From Dehalococcoidia bacterium (GTDB lineage Bacteria; Chloroflexota; Dehalococcoidia; Bin125): 64,000 nt of DNA. The translations under genes were made by a program, and so were the position numbers. Positions within the stretch are counted from its first letter, which is position 1. Every line of letters starts with the position of its first letter. This document shows positions 1 through 11,431 of this stretch, piece after piece. A model generated the notes under the pieces. That model saw only the letters and a list, made by a program, of their open reading frames with translations, was not told where the DNA came from and did not search any database. The DNA is taken from assembly GCA_963663235.2 (NCBI GenBank), contig CAXXNO010000002.1, forward strand, positions 13,340-77,339, read 5' to 3'.

Positions 1-2
1 AC

Positions 3-794
3 CCCGAACGCCACGTGCCCTTGGCGGCGTCCATCGAGCTACTGCATACAGCGACGCTGGTGCACGACGACGTGATCGACGCCGCAGAGACCCGCCGCGG
101 ACGCCCCACCGCCAACTCGATGTTCGACAACGCCGCCAGCGTGATGCTGGGCGACTACATGTTCGCGCACGCCGCGGAACTCGTCGCGCGGACGGGTCAC
201 ATCGGCGTGATCCATCTCTTCGCCGCGACGCTGATGACGATGGCCAAGGGCGAGATCAATCAGGATATCAGCGCCTACGACACCGCCTCCGGCAACCTGC
301 GCGACTACTACCAGCGCATTGACGGCAAAACGGCGTCCCTCTTCGCCACCGCGGGGACGGCCGGCGCCACGATGGCCCAGAGCGACGAAGCGACCGTGGA
401 GGCGCTGCGCACCTACGGGCGCGCGCTGGGCATGGCCTTCCAGATCGTGGACGACATCTTGGACTTCACCGGCGACGCCGAGACCCTGGGCAAGCCGGTG
501 GGCGGCGATCTCCTCGCCGGCACGCTGACGCTGCCGGCGATCCTCCTGATGGAGGCCGATCCCCGCGACAACGCGGTGCGCCGGTTGTTCGCCGCCGACG
601 GGCCGGAGGAGCAACAGCGGCTGTTACGGACAGCGCTGGACGAGATCGCCGCCGCGGGCATTCTCGATCGTGCGGCGGAGGTCGCCAGGCAGTGGCAGGC
701 CGACGCCTTGCGTGCGCTGGAACCGCTCGCGGCCAACGAGCACCGGCGCGCGCTGGAGAGTATCGCGGCGTTCGTGACGCGGCGCCGCTTCTAG
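3..794 (+). CDS. Polyprenyl diphosphate synthase (5'-truncated by window edge)
   Basis: Both Asp-rich motifs (LVHDDVID, FQIVDDILD), RRG after the first motif and KTA motif; frame is open to the window start. Confidence 0.93.
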   Translation, partial: PERHVPLAASIELLHTATLVHDDVIDAAETRRGRPTANSMFDNAASVMLGDYMFAHAAELVARTGHIGVIHLFAATLMTMAKGEINQDISAYDTASGNLRDYYQRIDGKTASLFATAGTAGATMAQSDEATVEALRTYGRALGMAFQIVDDILDFTGDAETLGKPVGGDLLAGTLTLPAILLMEADPRDNAVRRLFAADGPEEQQRLLRTALDEIAAAGILDRAAEVARQWQADALRALEPLAANEHRRALESIAAFVTRRRF

Positions 795-804
795 CCCCGC
801 CGCC

Positions 805-1236
805 CTAGTCCAGACTGCGCCTGGTCGTCTTCAGTTCGCCGCGCTTGGACTTGGCGTCCAGCTTCTTGGAGCGTTGCTCGCGCATCACGGCGCGCTTCCG
901 TCGACGCACCTCGATGTTCTTGTCGATGGAGTCAACGAAGTCCTGCTTGCTCGTGATCGGCGGTTCTTTCGATCTGGCCAGCTCCGGATGCTCAAGGGGA
1001 TTGCCCCGGGTCTGCAGGCGCGACACGTCCGCGCCCAGATGCCGGTAGGTGCCCTTGTCCGGAAGGCGACGCGCGAGGCCCTCGCGCACGACGAAGGCTG
1101 TGAACGTGGTGGGCATCAGACGCTGGCCCTCTTCGTCGCAGACGGGGCAAGGCCCGGGTTCGTCCGCCTCTCGCATGTTGCGGACGATCTCAAAGATCCC
1201 ATCGCACGGCTTGCAGAAGTATTCGTAAACCGGCAC
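805..1236 (-). CDS. FmdB-family zinc-ribbon protein with basic C-terminal extension
   Basis: MPVYEYFCKPC...CPVC is the FmdB CxxC/CxxC signature. Confidence 0.85.
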   Translation of the reverse strand: MPVYEYFCKPCDGIFEIVRNMREADEPGPCPVCDEEGQRLMPTTFTAFVVREGLARRLPDKGTYRHLGADVSRLQTRGNPLEHPELARSKEPPITSKQDFVDSIDKNIEVRRRKRAVMREQRSKKLDAKSKRGELKTTRRSLD

Positions 1237-1239
1237 CAG

Positions 1240-2025
1240 TTAGCCTTTCCCCGGACCGTCCCCTGCCCCCGCGAGCGCCCGCACCGCATCCACGAATCCG
1301 GCCGCCTTCACGTCTCGATCGAGCGCCACATGCACCGCCTCGCGCAGGTGCATCTCCAGCTCGCGGCTCAAGCCCGTCTCGACGCGCACTCGCGCCACGT
1401 TCCGGAACGGCTCGCGCTGCAGGTAGCGTAACAGCCGGAACGCGCGCGCGGAAAGCGGCCGGCTTGCCGACCGTGCGGCGCAGTCAGGGCAGAGCACGCC
1501 GCCGAGCGCGGCGGCGAAGCCATTCCCGTCCGGTGTCAGCGCAGCGTCGCAGCGGACGCATCGCTCCAGGTGCGGCTGATACCCCTGGTCCGCCAGCAGC
1601 TGCATCTCGAACCAGCGGACAGCCAGATCGATGCCCGGCGCGGCCTCCACACGCTCCAGCGTCTCCACCAAGAGGCGGTAGAGTCCGGTGGCATCCGGGG
1701 CGGCGTCCGTGAAGCGATCCACGAGCTCCGCCACGTAGAGTCCCCGGCTGAGCCGGTCAATGTCTTCGCGCAGCGCCGCGTGCGCGTCGAGCGTTTGCGC
1801 CTGAGTGATGATGTCCAGTGAGCGGCCCCTGGCGAGCAACAGGCTGGAGCGGGAGAGCGGCTCCAGGTGCCCTGCCAGCCGACTGCGCGGCCGCCGCACG
1901 CCCTTGGCCACGGCCTCGATGCGCCCGAGGCCCGGCGTGAAGAGGACGCAGATCTTGTCCGCTTCGCCCAGGCCGCGCTGGCGCAGCACCACCGCCTCGG
2001 TCCGGTAGACCCGCGGCGCCGCCAT
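1240..2025 (-). CDS. recO: DNA repair protein RecO
   Basis: AVVLR...GEADK, AKGVRRPRSRL, CxxC...CxxC zinc finger; overlaps the recR stop. Confidence 0.95.
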   Translation of the reverse strand: MAAPRVYRTEAVVLRQRGLGEADKICVLFTPGLGRIEAVAKGVRRPRSRLAGHLEPLSRSSLLLARGRSLDIITQAQTLDAHAALREDIDRLSRGLYVAELVDRFTDAAPDATGLYRLLVETLERVEAAPGIDLAVRWFEMQLLADQGYQPHLERCVRCDAALTPDGNGFAAALGGVLCPDCAARSASRPLSARAFRLLRYLQREPFRNVARVRVETGLSRELEMHLREAVHVALDRDVKAAGFVDAVRALAGAGDGPGKG

Positions 2026-2675
2026 CAGCGCACCTCCGCGCCGCCCTCCGGTTCCGGCTCCGCCTCCAGCGGCAACCGGTTCCGCATCGCCCGGCCCAGC
2101 GTGACCTCATCCGCGTACTCGACGTCCGCGCCGGCCGGCAGCCCTCGGGCGATGCGCGTGACCTGCACGGCGAAGGGCCGCAGCACGCGCGCCACGTAAC
2201 TGGCGGTGGCGTCGCCTTCCATGTTCGAGTTGGTCGCCAGGATCACTTCGCGCACGTCGCCATCGCGCACGCGATCCAGCAACTCCCGGATCTTGATTTG
2301 CTCCGGTCCGATCCCGTCCATCGGGCTCAGGGCGCCGTGCAGAACGTGGTACAGGCCGGCGTACGATCCCGCCCGCTCCACGGCCAAGGAGTCCAGCGGC
2401 TCTTCCACCACGCAGATCAAGGCGCGATCGCGGTCGCTGCCGACGCAAAGCGCGCAGGGGTCGCGATCGGTGACGTTCTGGCAGATCCGGCAGAGGTAAA
2501 CGCGCTCCTTCACCTCCAACAAGGCCGACGCGAGCGCCTCCGTCTCCTCAGGCGGGGCGCGCAGAATGTAGTACGCGAGACGTTGCGCGCTCTTGGGCCC
2601 GATCCCCGGCAGCCGGTGAAACGCCTCCACGAGACGCGCAATCGGCGCGGCGGTGACGGTTGACCGCGCAGACAC
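2025..2675 (-). CDS. recR: Recombination protein RecR
   Basis: LPGIGPKSAQRLA HhH, C4 zinc finger, Toprim EVILAT..EGDATA. Confidence 0.97.
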   Translation of the reverse strand: MSARSTVTAAPIARLVEAFHRLPGIGPKSAQRLAYYILRAPPEETEALASALLEVKERVYLCRICQNVTDRDPCALCVGSDRDRALICVVEEPLDSLAVERAGSYAGLYHVLHGALSPMDGIGPEQIKIRELLDRVRDGDVREVILATNSNMEGDATASYVARVLRPFAVQVTRIARGLPAGADVEYADEVTLGRAMRNRLPLEAEPEPEGGAEVR

Positions 2676-2678
2676 GAT

Positions 2679-3053
2679 TTAGGACAGATCCGGCAGCGAG
2701 AGGCCAGCGGTCAAGCCCGACATCCGCTCCGTCTGCATGGCCGCCAGTTTATCGACGGCGTCGTTGACGGCGGCGATGATCAGGTCTTGGAGCATCTCGG
2801 GATCCTCCGGATCGAGGACCTCCGGATCGACCGTCACGGCCCGGAGCTTGTGCTCACCGCTCATCACCAGAGAGAGCACGCCCCCTCCGGCGCTGGCCTC
2901 CACAGTGCTCTCCTTGAGATCCTCCTGGGCCTGCGCCAGCTGCGCCTGCAACTCCTGCGCTTGGCGCACCATGTCCGGCGAGAGCCCGGCTGCGCCCGCC
3001 CCTTTGGCGGACCGCTTGGGCTGCCGAAACATCCCGCCTCTGGATTTCGCCAC
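2679..3053 (-). CDS. ybaB: YbaB/EbfC nucleoid-associated protein
   Basis: ASAGGG, EMLQDLIIAAVNDA; canonical position between dnaX and recR. Confidence 0.93.
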   Translation of the reverse strand: MAKSRGGMFRQPKRSAKGAGAAGLSPDMVRQAQELQAQLAQAQEDLKESTVEASAGGGVLSLVMSGEHKLRAVTVDPEVLDPEDPEMLQDLIIAAVNDAVDKLAAMQTERMSGLTAGLSLPDLS

Positions 3054-3081
3054 GTCGCGCTCCGTTCCGCCGAGCCCCAGC

Positions 3082-4755
<1,674 letters not shown>

Positions 4756-4844
4756 GCCGCTCCCCCTTCGCCGGGCATCCCCAACAGGTGCCAGTATATC
4801 GAAGCGCTTGTCGCGCCCGAACAAGCGTGCGACTTGAGTTTATG

Positions 4845-5321
4845 TCATATCCGCGCGGCCGCGGGCCGCCCGATCCGCCTCAGCGCGGCGCGTTCCATGC
4901 GTCGCATGGCGGCGTCCTCGCGGCGGGTCCGGTGGTCGGCGCCCAGCAAGTGCAGCGTGCCGTGCGCGACCAACAGCGCCAGTTCGTCGTCCAGCGCGAC
5001 GCCGCGCGCCTTGGCCCCCGCCGCGGCGACCGGGAGCGCAACCACGATGGCGCCCAACTCCTCCACCCCATCGGGCCGGCGCAGGCCGGGAAAGCGCGTC
5101 TCGAAGGAGAGCACGTCCGTCGGCTCATCCCGGTGCAGATAGCGCCGGTTCAAGCCCCGGACCGTGCGACTATCCGTCACCGTCACGGAGACGCCGCGCG
5201 GCACACGCAGGCGGCGCGACGCCAGCGTCCCCGCGACGGTCGCGCACAGCAACTCGCCGTCGACCCGCCGCCGGTAGCGCGGATCGATCACCACGTCGAC
5301 CTGGTGCGGGTGGCTAGACAA
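4845..5321 (-). CDS. ybeY: Endoribonuclease YbeY
   Basis: LNRRYL..TDVLSF and HGTLHLLGADH motif; start approximate (TTG overlapping the nuoN stop). Confidence 0.92.
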   Translation of the reverse strand: MSSHPHQVDVVIDPRYRRRVDGELLCATVAGTLASRRLRVPRGVSVTVTDSRTVRGLNRRYLHRDEPTDVLSFETRFPGLRRPDGVEELGAIVVALPVAAAGAKARGVALDDELALLVAHGTLHLLGADHRTRREDAAMRRMERAALRRIGRPAAARI

Positions 5322-6783
5322 AGATCGCCGACACCGCCTCGTCCGCAACGTCGATTAAGAGCGAAGGCGAGACGCCGATCACCAAGATGCCGGCCGTGGT
5401 GGCGGCCAGCGTCAGTCCCAGCGGCAGGTCCGGCGCCCAGCGATCGGGCAAGGCCCCGGGATCCGGGCTCTCGTCCACGAACATCGCCTTGATGGGGCGC
5501 AGATAGTAAGCCGCGCTGATCACCGAGTTGACGACGCCCACGACCGCCAGCCAAGCGAGATCGCTCTTGATGGCGGCGTCAAACAGATACAACTTGCCGA
5601 AGAAGCCAGCGGTGAGCGGGAGTCCGATCAGCGACAAGAGGCTGAACGCCAGCAACGCCCCCAACAGAGGCGCACGCCGTCCGATGCCCCGGTAATCATC
5701 GATCTGGTACGAGCCGATCCGGTTGTAGAACGCGATCACCACCAAAAACGCGGTCAGGTTGGTGACGCTGTAGCCCGCCAGGTAGAAGAGGATTCCCCCC
5801 GGCCCCAAGCTCGCCGACCCATCGGCGGTCACGGCGGCCAGCCCGATCAAGATCGTGCCCGCATGGGCGATGGATGAATAGGCCAGCATGCGCTTGATGT
5901 CCGACTGCCGGAGGGCCAGCACATTGCCGAGGAACATGGACAGCGCCGCGAGGACGGCGAAGATCGTCGACCAGTGGGAGCTGAGGATGTCGTCGCCGAA
6001 GGCCTCGACGAAGACGCGGATGAGGATGGCGAACGCCGCCGCCTTGGACCCGACCGAGAGGTAGGCGGCGATGGGCGTGGGCCCGCCCTGATAGACGTCC
6101 GGCACCCACATCTGAAACGGCGTCACCGCCGCCTTGAAGCCGAAGCCCACAACGAAAAACACCACGCTCAGGACCAGCGCCTCGAAGACACCGCTGTCGC
6201 TGCCTGCGACGTAGGCGGCGATGGCGTTCAAGTTGGTCGAGCCGCTCAGCCCCAAGAGAATCGCCATCCCGTAGAGCAGCACGGCCGAGGCGATCGCGCC
6301 GAGGAGCAAGTACTTCAGCCCCGCCTCGCTGGAGAGGCGGTCCTTGTGCAACCCGACCAGGACGTACTGCGAGAGGGCGGTCAACTCCAGGGCAACGAAG
6401 ATCCCGATCAGATCGCGCGTCCCCGCCAGCAGCATCAGCCCCGCGGTGCTGAGCAGCAGCAGCGCCAGGTACTCGCCCTGCCGCGAAGGGAACCGCGCCA
6501 GCGTCTCCCACGACGCCCCGATCACCGCCAGCGCGATCCCGCCGAGCAGGAACTGGAAGAACAGCGCGAAGCGGTCCAGCACCAGCACGCCGTCGAAGGC
6601 GTCACGGCCGGCCTTGCCGTCGACGAGGAGCACGGCGCTGTAGGCGATGGCGCCCAGCACGGCGGCCGCGGCCGTCGCCACCAGCACCCGCCGATCGTGC
6701 ACAAAGACCTCGGCCACGAGCAAGAAGCCGCCCACGACCATCAGCACGAGCTCGGGCCCGAGGAGGTTAACGTCGCCCAGCAC
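5314..6783 (-). CDS. nuoN: NADH-quinone oxidoreductase subunit N
   Basis: EAGLKYLLLG, PFQMWVPDVYQG, KRMLAYSSIAH; many TM helices. Confidence 0.96.
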   Translation of the reverse strand: MLGDVNLLGPELVLMVVGGFLLVAEVFVHDRRVLVATAAAAVLGAIAYSAVLLVDGKAGRDAFDGVLVLDRFALFFQFLLGGIALAVIGASWETLARFPSRQGEYLALLLLSTAGLMLLAGTRDLIGIFVALELTALSQYVLVGLHKDRLSSEAGLKYLLLGAIASAVLLYGMAILLGLSGSTNLNAIAAYVAGSDSGVFEALVLSVVFFVVGFGFKAAVTPFQMWVPDVYQGGPTPIAAYLSVGSKAAAFAILIRVFVEAFGDDILSSHWSTIFAVLAALSMFLGNVLALRQSDIKRMLAYSSIAHAGTILIGLAAVTADGSASLGPGGILFYLAGYSVTNLTAFLVVIAFYNRIGSYQIDDYRGIGRRAPLLGALLAFSLLSLIGLPLTAGFFGKLYLFDAAIKSDLAWLAVVGVVNSVISAAYYLRPIKAMFVDESPDPGALPDRWAPDLPLGLTLAATTAGILVIGVSPSLLIDVADEAVSAIFV

Positions 6784-8372
6784 TAGGGACCGCCTCCGCC
6801 CAGCGCCAGGCTGATGCCAGCGCTGTCGCGCACGTCAGGGTGCACGGCGGCGATGCCCTCCGCGATGGGCTCCACACCCATCTCCAAGACGTCCATCACC
6901 ACCGAGGGGTAGACGCCCAGCAGGACGATCAGCGCCACCAGGGAGCCCACGGCGGTGACCTCCCACCAGTAGCGGATGTCTTCCAGGTGCGCCCAGCGAT
7001 CGTCGCGGGGCCCAAAGAACGAGCGTTGCAGCGCCCAAAGAAGGTACCCCGCCGCCAGCAGAACCCCTACCAGCGCCACGAGCGTCTGCGGCTCGTGGCG
7101 GCCGAAGGCGCCCAGGAACACGGTGATCTCGGCGACGAAGCCCGCCAGCGCCGGCAGCCCCATGCCCGCCAGCCCGGCAAAGACCATCGCCGCGCCGAGC
7201 AGCGGCAGATGATGCATGAGCCCACGCATCGCTCCGATCTCCCGGGTGTGCGTGCGGTCGTAGACCATCCCGACAACGACGAAGAGCAAGCCCGTGATCA
7301 AACCGTGCGTGACCAGTTGCATCGCCGCGCCGGTCATCCCCACCACGCCCAGCGCCGACACGCCCAGCAGCACGAAGCCCATGTGCGACACGGACGAATA
7401 GGCCACGAGCCGCTTCAGGTCCGTCTGCCGCATGGTGATGATCGCCCCGTACACGATCGACACCGTGCCGACGATCGCCAGGGCGACGTCCGCGTCGCCG
7501 GCGGTGTCCGGCATGAGCGTGAACAGCAGCCGCAGGATCCCGTAGCCGCCCATCTTCAGCAGCACGCCCGCCAGGAGCACAGAGACGGCGGTGGGCGCGT
7601 CGGTATGGGCGTCGGGGAGCCAGGTATGCAGCGGCACCACAGGCAACTTCACAGCGAACGCCAGGAAGACGAAAGCGAAGATCACCGGCACGGGCAGGAC
7701 GGCCGCGGTCAGGGCCGACTCCTGGATCAGGCGCATATCGAACGTCCCGGCGGCCACACCCATGACAAGGAAGCCCACGATCATGAAGGCGGAGCCGGTG
7801 AAGGTGAAGAGGACGAACTTCAAGGCGGAGTAGCTCGCCCGGCCGCTGCCCCAGACGCTGATGAGGAAGAACATCGGCACGAGCTCGAGCTCCCAGAACA
7901 GGAAGAAGAAGATCAGGTCCGTGGCCATGAAGACGCCCAGCACGGCGCTCTCCAGCACCAGCAGCCAGGCGAAGTACTCCTTGGGCCGCAGGTCCACGCG
8001 CCAGGAGACGAGGACCGCCACCGCGGTCAAGAGGCCGGTGAGCAGCACCAGCGGCATCGACAGCCCGTCGACGCCGAGGGCGTAGGAGATATCGAAGCCG
8101 ACGTCCTCCGCCTTGACCCAGAGGAACTCGTCGGTGAACTGGAAGCCGCTGTCGTTGCGGTCGAGCAAGACAAACAAGACCAGCGCGATGACGAACGTCG
8201 TGACGGCCACCGCCAGCGCCGCCCACTTGGCCCGAGTCTGGGCGTCGCCGGGCACCCGGCGGAACAGGGGCGCCGTCCAGGAGACCCGCTCGCCGGGGAG
8301 CAGCGCGATCAGCACCGCCCCCGCCAGCGGCAGGAAGACGAGGACAGACAGGATCGGAAAACCGTCTCCCAT
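6783..8372 (-). CDS. nuoM: NADH-quinone oxidoreductase subunit M
   Basis: GVDGLS, PLHTWLPDAH, LLKMGGYG, KRLVAYSSVSHMG. Confidence 0.96.
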   Translation of the reverse strand: MGDGFPILSVLVFLPLAGAVLIALLPGERVSWTAPLFRRVPGDAQTRAKWAALAVAVTTFVIALVLFVLLDRNDSGFQFTDEFLWVKAEDVGFDISYALGVDGLSMPLVLLTGLLTAVAVLVSWRVDLRPKEYFAWLLVLESAVLGVFMATDLIFFFLFWELELVPMFFLISVWGSGRASYSALKFVLFTFTGSAFMIVGFLVMGVAAGTFDMRLIQESALTAAVLPVPVIFAFVFLAFAVKLPVVPLHTWLPDAHTDAPTAVSVLLAGVLLKMGGYGILRLLFTLMPDTAGDADVALAIVGTVSIVYGAIITMRQTDLKRLVAYSSVSHMGFVLLGVSALGVVGMTGAAMQLVTHGLITGLLFVVVGMVYDRTHTREIGAMRGLMHHLPLLGAAMVFAGLAGMGLPALAGFVAEITVFLGAFGRHEPQTLVALVGVLLAAGYLLWALQRSFFGPRDDRWAHLEDIRYWWEVTAVGSLVALIVLLGVYPSVVMDVLEMGVEPIAEGIAAVHPDVRDSAGISLALGGGGP

Positions 8373-8381
8373 TCGATTCCC

Positions 8382-10304
8382 TTAGAAGAGCACCACGGCG
8401 CCCCAGATGATGACACCGCCCGCCACCAGCCCCACGGCCATCGATTGCACCTGGCCGTTCTGCACCAGCCGTCCCCAGCGGCCGGTCTCGAACGTGCCGC
8501 GCCAGACACCGTTGGCGAAACCATCGACCGCGACCGCGTCGAAGGCCGCCATCGCGCGCGCGACGCCGCCGTAGAAGGCGCGCCGCACCAAGAGATCCTC
8601 CACCAAGTAGTCCATGTAGAACTTGTTCTCCAGGAGGCGGTGCAGCGGCAGCAGCGGCCGGCTGGCGCGCAAGGCGGCGACGTCGCGCGCGCGCCACTGG
8701 TAGAGCGCCAGCGCCCCGCTGATGCCGGCCGCCACCACCACGGAGGAAGCGATGAAGATCCCGACGTCGAACTCGAACTCGCCCAACTCCGGCTCCGGCA
8801 GCGCCCCCAGCACCCAGGTTTGGAACTCGCCGCCGAAGGTGAGGAACCCCGCGGTGATCGCCAGCAGCGCCAGGACCACCAGCGGCCACCTCATGCTGGG
8901 CGGCGCCTCGTGCGGGTGGGACGGGTCGACGCCGTGCTCGCCGGGTTGCGGCTGCTCGCCGCCGCGATACGTGCCGTGGAAAGTGAGCACGATGACGCGG
9001 AACATGTAGAACGCCGTCAGCCCGGCCGTCGCCAGGCCAAAGGCGAAGATCACCTTCTGCTCCGACCAGGCCGCGGTCAGGATCTCATCCTTGGACCAGA
9101 ACCCGGCCAGCGGGATCACCCCCGAGAGCGACAGCGCCCCGATCAAGAACGTGATGTAGGTCACGGGCATCGTCGACCGCAGCCCGCCCATGCGGCGCAT
9201 ATCGAACGTATTCGTCGAGTGGCCGACGGAGCCGGCGCCCAGGAAGAGCAGCGCCTTGAAGAAAGCGTGCGTCATGAGATGGAAAACGGCCGCCCCGTAG
9301 GCGCCGATCCCCAGCGCAAACATCATGTACGCCAGCTGGCTGATGGTGGAGTAGGCCAGCACGCGCTTGATGTCGGTCTGGGTGACGGCGAGGAGCGCCG
9401 CGCCCAAGGCCGTCCCGGCCCCGATCCAGGCGATGAGATCGCCGGCGGTGGCCGAGGCCTCCAGCACGGGAAAGAACCGGGCCAGCAGGTACACCCCCGC
9501 GACGACCATGGTGGCGGCGTGGATGAGAGCGGAGACCGGCGTCGGACCCTCCATCGCGTCGGGCAGCCAGATGTGCAGCGGGAACTGCGCGCTCTTGCCC
9601 ACCGCCCCCGCGACCAGACCGAGCGCGAAGAGCGTGAGCATCGTCTGTCCCAGCAGCCCCACCTCCACCAGCGCCAGCACGTCCGTGTTGATCGCGGCGA
9701 TGTCCAGCGTGCCCGTGCGCTCCCAGATGAGGATCAGGGCGGCCAGCAGGCCCAGGTCGCCGGCGCGCGTGACCAGGAAGGCCTTCTTCGCAGCCGCGGC
9801 AGCGGCCGGGCGATGGAACCAAAAGCCGATCAGCAGATACGAGGCCAGCCCGACGAGCTCCCAGAACACGAAGAGCATGACGAGGTTGTCGGCCAGGACC
9901 AGCCCCAGCATCGCCGAGGTGAACAGCGACATGAAGGCGAAGTAGCGCGTGTAGCCGCCGTCGCCGCGCATGTAGCCGGTGGAGTAGACCTGCACGATGA
10001 ACGAAACGCCGGAGACCACCACCAGCATGACGGCGGTGAGCCCGTCCAGGCGGATGCCGACATTGATCACCAACGAGCCGACGTCGACGAGCTCGTGCGT
10101 GCCGAAGCCCATGCCGCGGCCGTCGCCGCTGATTGCCTCCGCCAGCGGCCACAGCGAGAAGCCCAAGGCCAGCCCCACCGCCCCCACCGTCAGCAGGCCC
10201 GCGAGCCGCGGCGCGTCGCGCAAGAACAGCGTGATCGTGACGAACGACGCCAGCGGCAGGAAGAAGATGAGCCAGAGGATCGCTTCGGGGACGGGCTCGC
10301 TCAT
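8382..10304 (-). CDS. nuoL: NADH-quinone oxidoreductase subunit L
   Basis: GKSAQFPLHIWLPDAMEGPTPVSALIHAATMV, THAFFKALLFL. Confidence 0.97.
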   Translation of the reverse strand: MSEPVPEAILWLIFFLPLASFVTITLFLRDAPRLAGLLTVGAVGLALGFSLWPLAEAISGDGRGMGFGTHELVDVGSLVINVGIRLDGLTAVMLVVVSGVSFIVQVYSTGYMRGDGGYTRYFAFMSLFTSAMLGLVLADNLVMLFVFWELVGLASYLLIGFWFHRPAAAAAAKKAFLVTRAGDLGLLAALILIWERTGTLDIAAINTDVLALVEVGLLGQTMLTLFALGLVAGAVGKSAQFPLHIWLPDAMEGPTPVSALIHAATMVVAGVYLLARFFPVLEASATAGDLIAWIGAGTALGAALLAVTQTDIKRVLAYSTISQLAYMMFALGIGAYGAAVFHLMTHAFFKALLFLGAGSVGHSTNTFDMRRMGGLRSTMPVTYITFLIGALSLSGVIPLAGFWSKDEILTAAWSEQKVIFAFGLATAGLTAFYMFRVIVLTFHGTYRGGEQPQPGEHGVDPSHPHEAPPSMRWPLVVLALLAITAGFLTFGGEFQTWVLGALPEPELGEFEFDVGIFIASSVVVAAGISGALALYQWRARDVAALRASRPLLPLHRLLENKFYMDYLVEDLLVRRAFYGGVARAMAAFDAVAVDGFANGVWRGTFETGRWGRLVQNGQVQSMAVGLVAGGVIIWGAVVLF

Positions 10305-10498
10305 CAGATCTTGCGCATGATCTCGTAGGCGACGTGGGTCTTGGAATCGGGCACGTAGAGCTTGCGGGGGGCGAAGTCCCCCTCGTCGGCGCGATCCGCC
10401 GGCACGATCAGGCGGATGGCAATGCCCTCCGCGTGGAACAGCTCCCGCCAGGTCTCCGCGATGTAGCGGTTGGGGACCTCAGTCAGCTCAGCCCACAT
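10304..10498 (-). CDS. Small soluble hypothetical protein (DUF2007-like) inside the nuo operon
   Basis: 64 aa ORF filling the nuoK-nuoL gap with its stop overlapping the nuoL start; pattern W..L...AE...L..EGI...LYVP...A.EI resembles DUF2007. Confidence 0.7.
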   Translation of the reverse strand: MWAELTEVPNRYIAETWRELFHAEGIAIRLIVPADRADEGDFAPRKLYVPDSKTHVAYEIMRKI

Positions 10499-10505
10499 GC
10501 GCGCG

Positions 10506-10820
10506 TCACCACCTCATCAGGTTGATGCGGTCGACGCTGATGGTGTCACGGTTGCGATAGACCACCATCGCCAACGCCAGCCCCACCGCCACCTCGGCCG
10601 CGGCGGTGGCGATGATGAACATCACGAAGACTTGCGTCGAGAGCGCGACGTCCGTCACGGTGAAGCGCCCGAACGCCACCAGCGTCAGGTTGACCGCGTT
10701 CAGCATGAGCTCCACGCCCATCAGCACCGCGATGGCGTTGCGTTTCGCCAGCGCCACGTAGAGCCCGATGCCGAAGATCAGGGCGCCAACCACGAGGAAG
10801 TGCTCCAGCCCGATGGTCAT
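10506..10820 (-). CDS. nuoK: NADH-quinone oxidoreductase subunit K
   Basis: GVELMLNAVNL, AAAEVAVGLAL. Confidence 0.96.
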   Translation of the reverse strand: MTIGLEHFLVVGALIFGIGLYVALAKRNAIAVLMGVELMLNAVNLTLVAFGRFTVTDVALSTQVFVMFIIATAAAEVAVGLALAMVVYRNRDTISVDRINLMRW

Positions 10821-11416
10821 GCGCTGCCTCCGCCGTCGCCATCGTCAGGGCTCGGCCCGGGCCCGTGGGGCCCGGGCCGGCGCGCCTCCATGGCAAGACT
10901 CTCGTCGTGGAGGGGCGCGTCCTCGGGGTCTTCGCGGGCCAGGGCGATGGCCCCCACGAGCGCGGCCGTCAACAACACCGCCGCGATCTCGAACGGCAGC
11001 ACAAACTCATTGATCAACGACTGGCCAATCACCCGCGGCGATTCGGCGACGGGATCATCGAGCACGGCGGCCCAATCCGTCTCTACCGCCACGAAGACCA
11101 TCGCGGCGGTGACCAGCCCCATCAGGATGGTGGCCGGGTAGCGCATGGAGGTCTCCGCGTTGTCGCGCGCGGCCCGGGGCGTGAGGAGGATGGCGAACAG
11201 CATCAGCACGGAGATCGCGCCGACATAGACCAACACCTGGACGACGGCGATGAACTCGGCGGAGAGCACGAGGTAGAGACCGGCCACGCCGACGAAGGCG
11301 AGGATCAGGAAGATCACGGCATGGATGAGATTGCGGCTGACGACGACGCCCAGCGCCGCCCCCACGGAGATGACCGCGAGCGACCAGAACGCCAGATGGT
11401 AGCCGACGCTATCCAT
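10817..11416 (-). CDS. nuoJ: NADH-quinone oxidoreductase subunit J
   Basis: AEFIAVVQVLVYVGAISVL, LPFEIAAVLL. Confidence 0.95.
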   Translation of the reverse strand: MDSVGYHLAFWSLAVISVGAALGVVVSRNLIHAVIFLILAFVGVAGLYLVLSAEFIAVVQVLVYVGAISVLMLFAILLTPRAARDNAETSMRYPATILMGLVTAAMVFVAVETDWAAVLDDPVAESPRVIGQSLINEFVLPFEIAAVLLTAALVGAIALAREDPEDAPLHDESLAMEARRPGPHGPGPSPDDGDGGGSA

Positions 11417-11431
11417 GCTCCTGGGGCCGCC

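Noticed and set aside
6840-10328. 1162-aa plus-strand ORF and many similar long ORFs (e.g. 47830-50133, 60414-63062, 32310-34142)
   Set aside because: Antisense shadows of well-supported genes in high-GC DNA; no recognisable motifs
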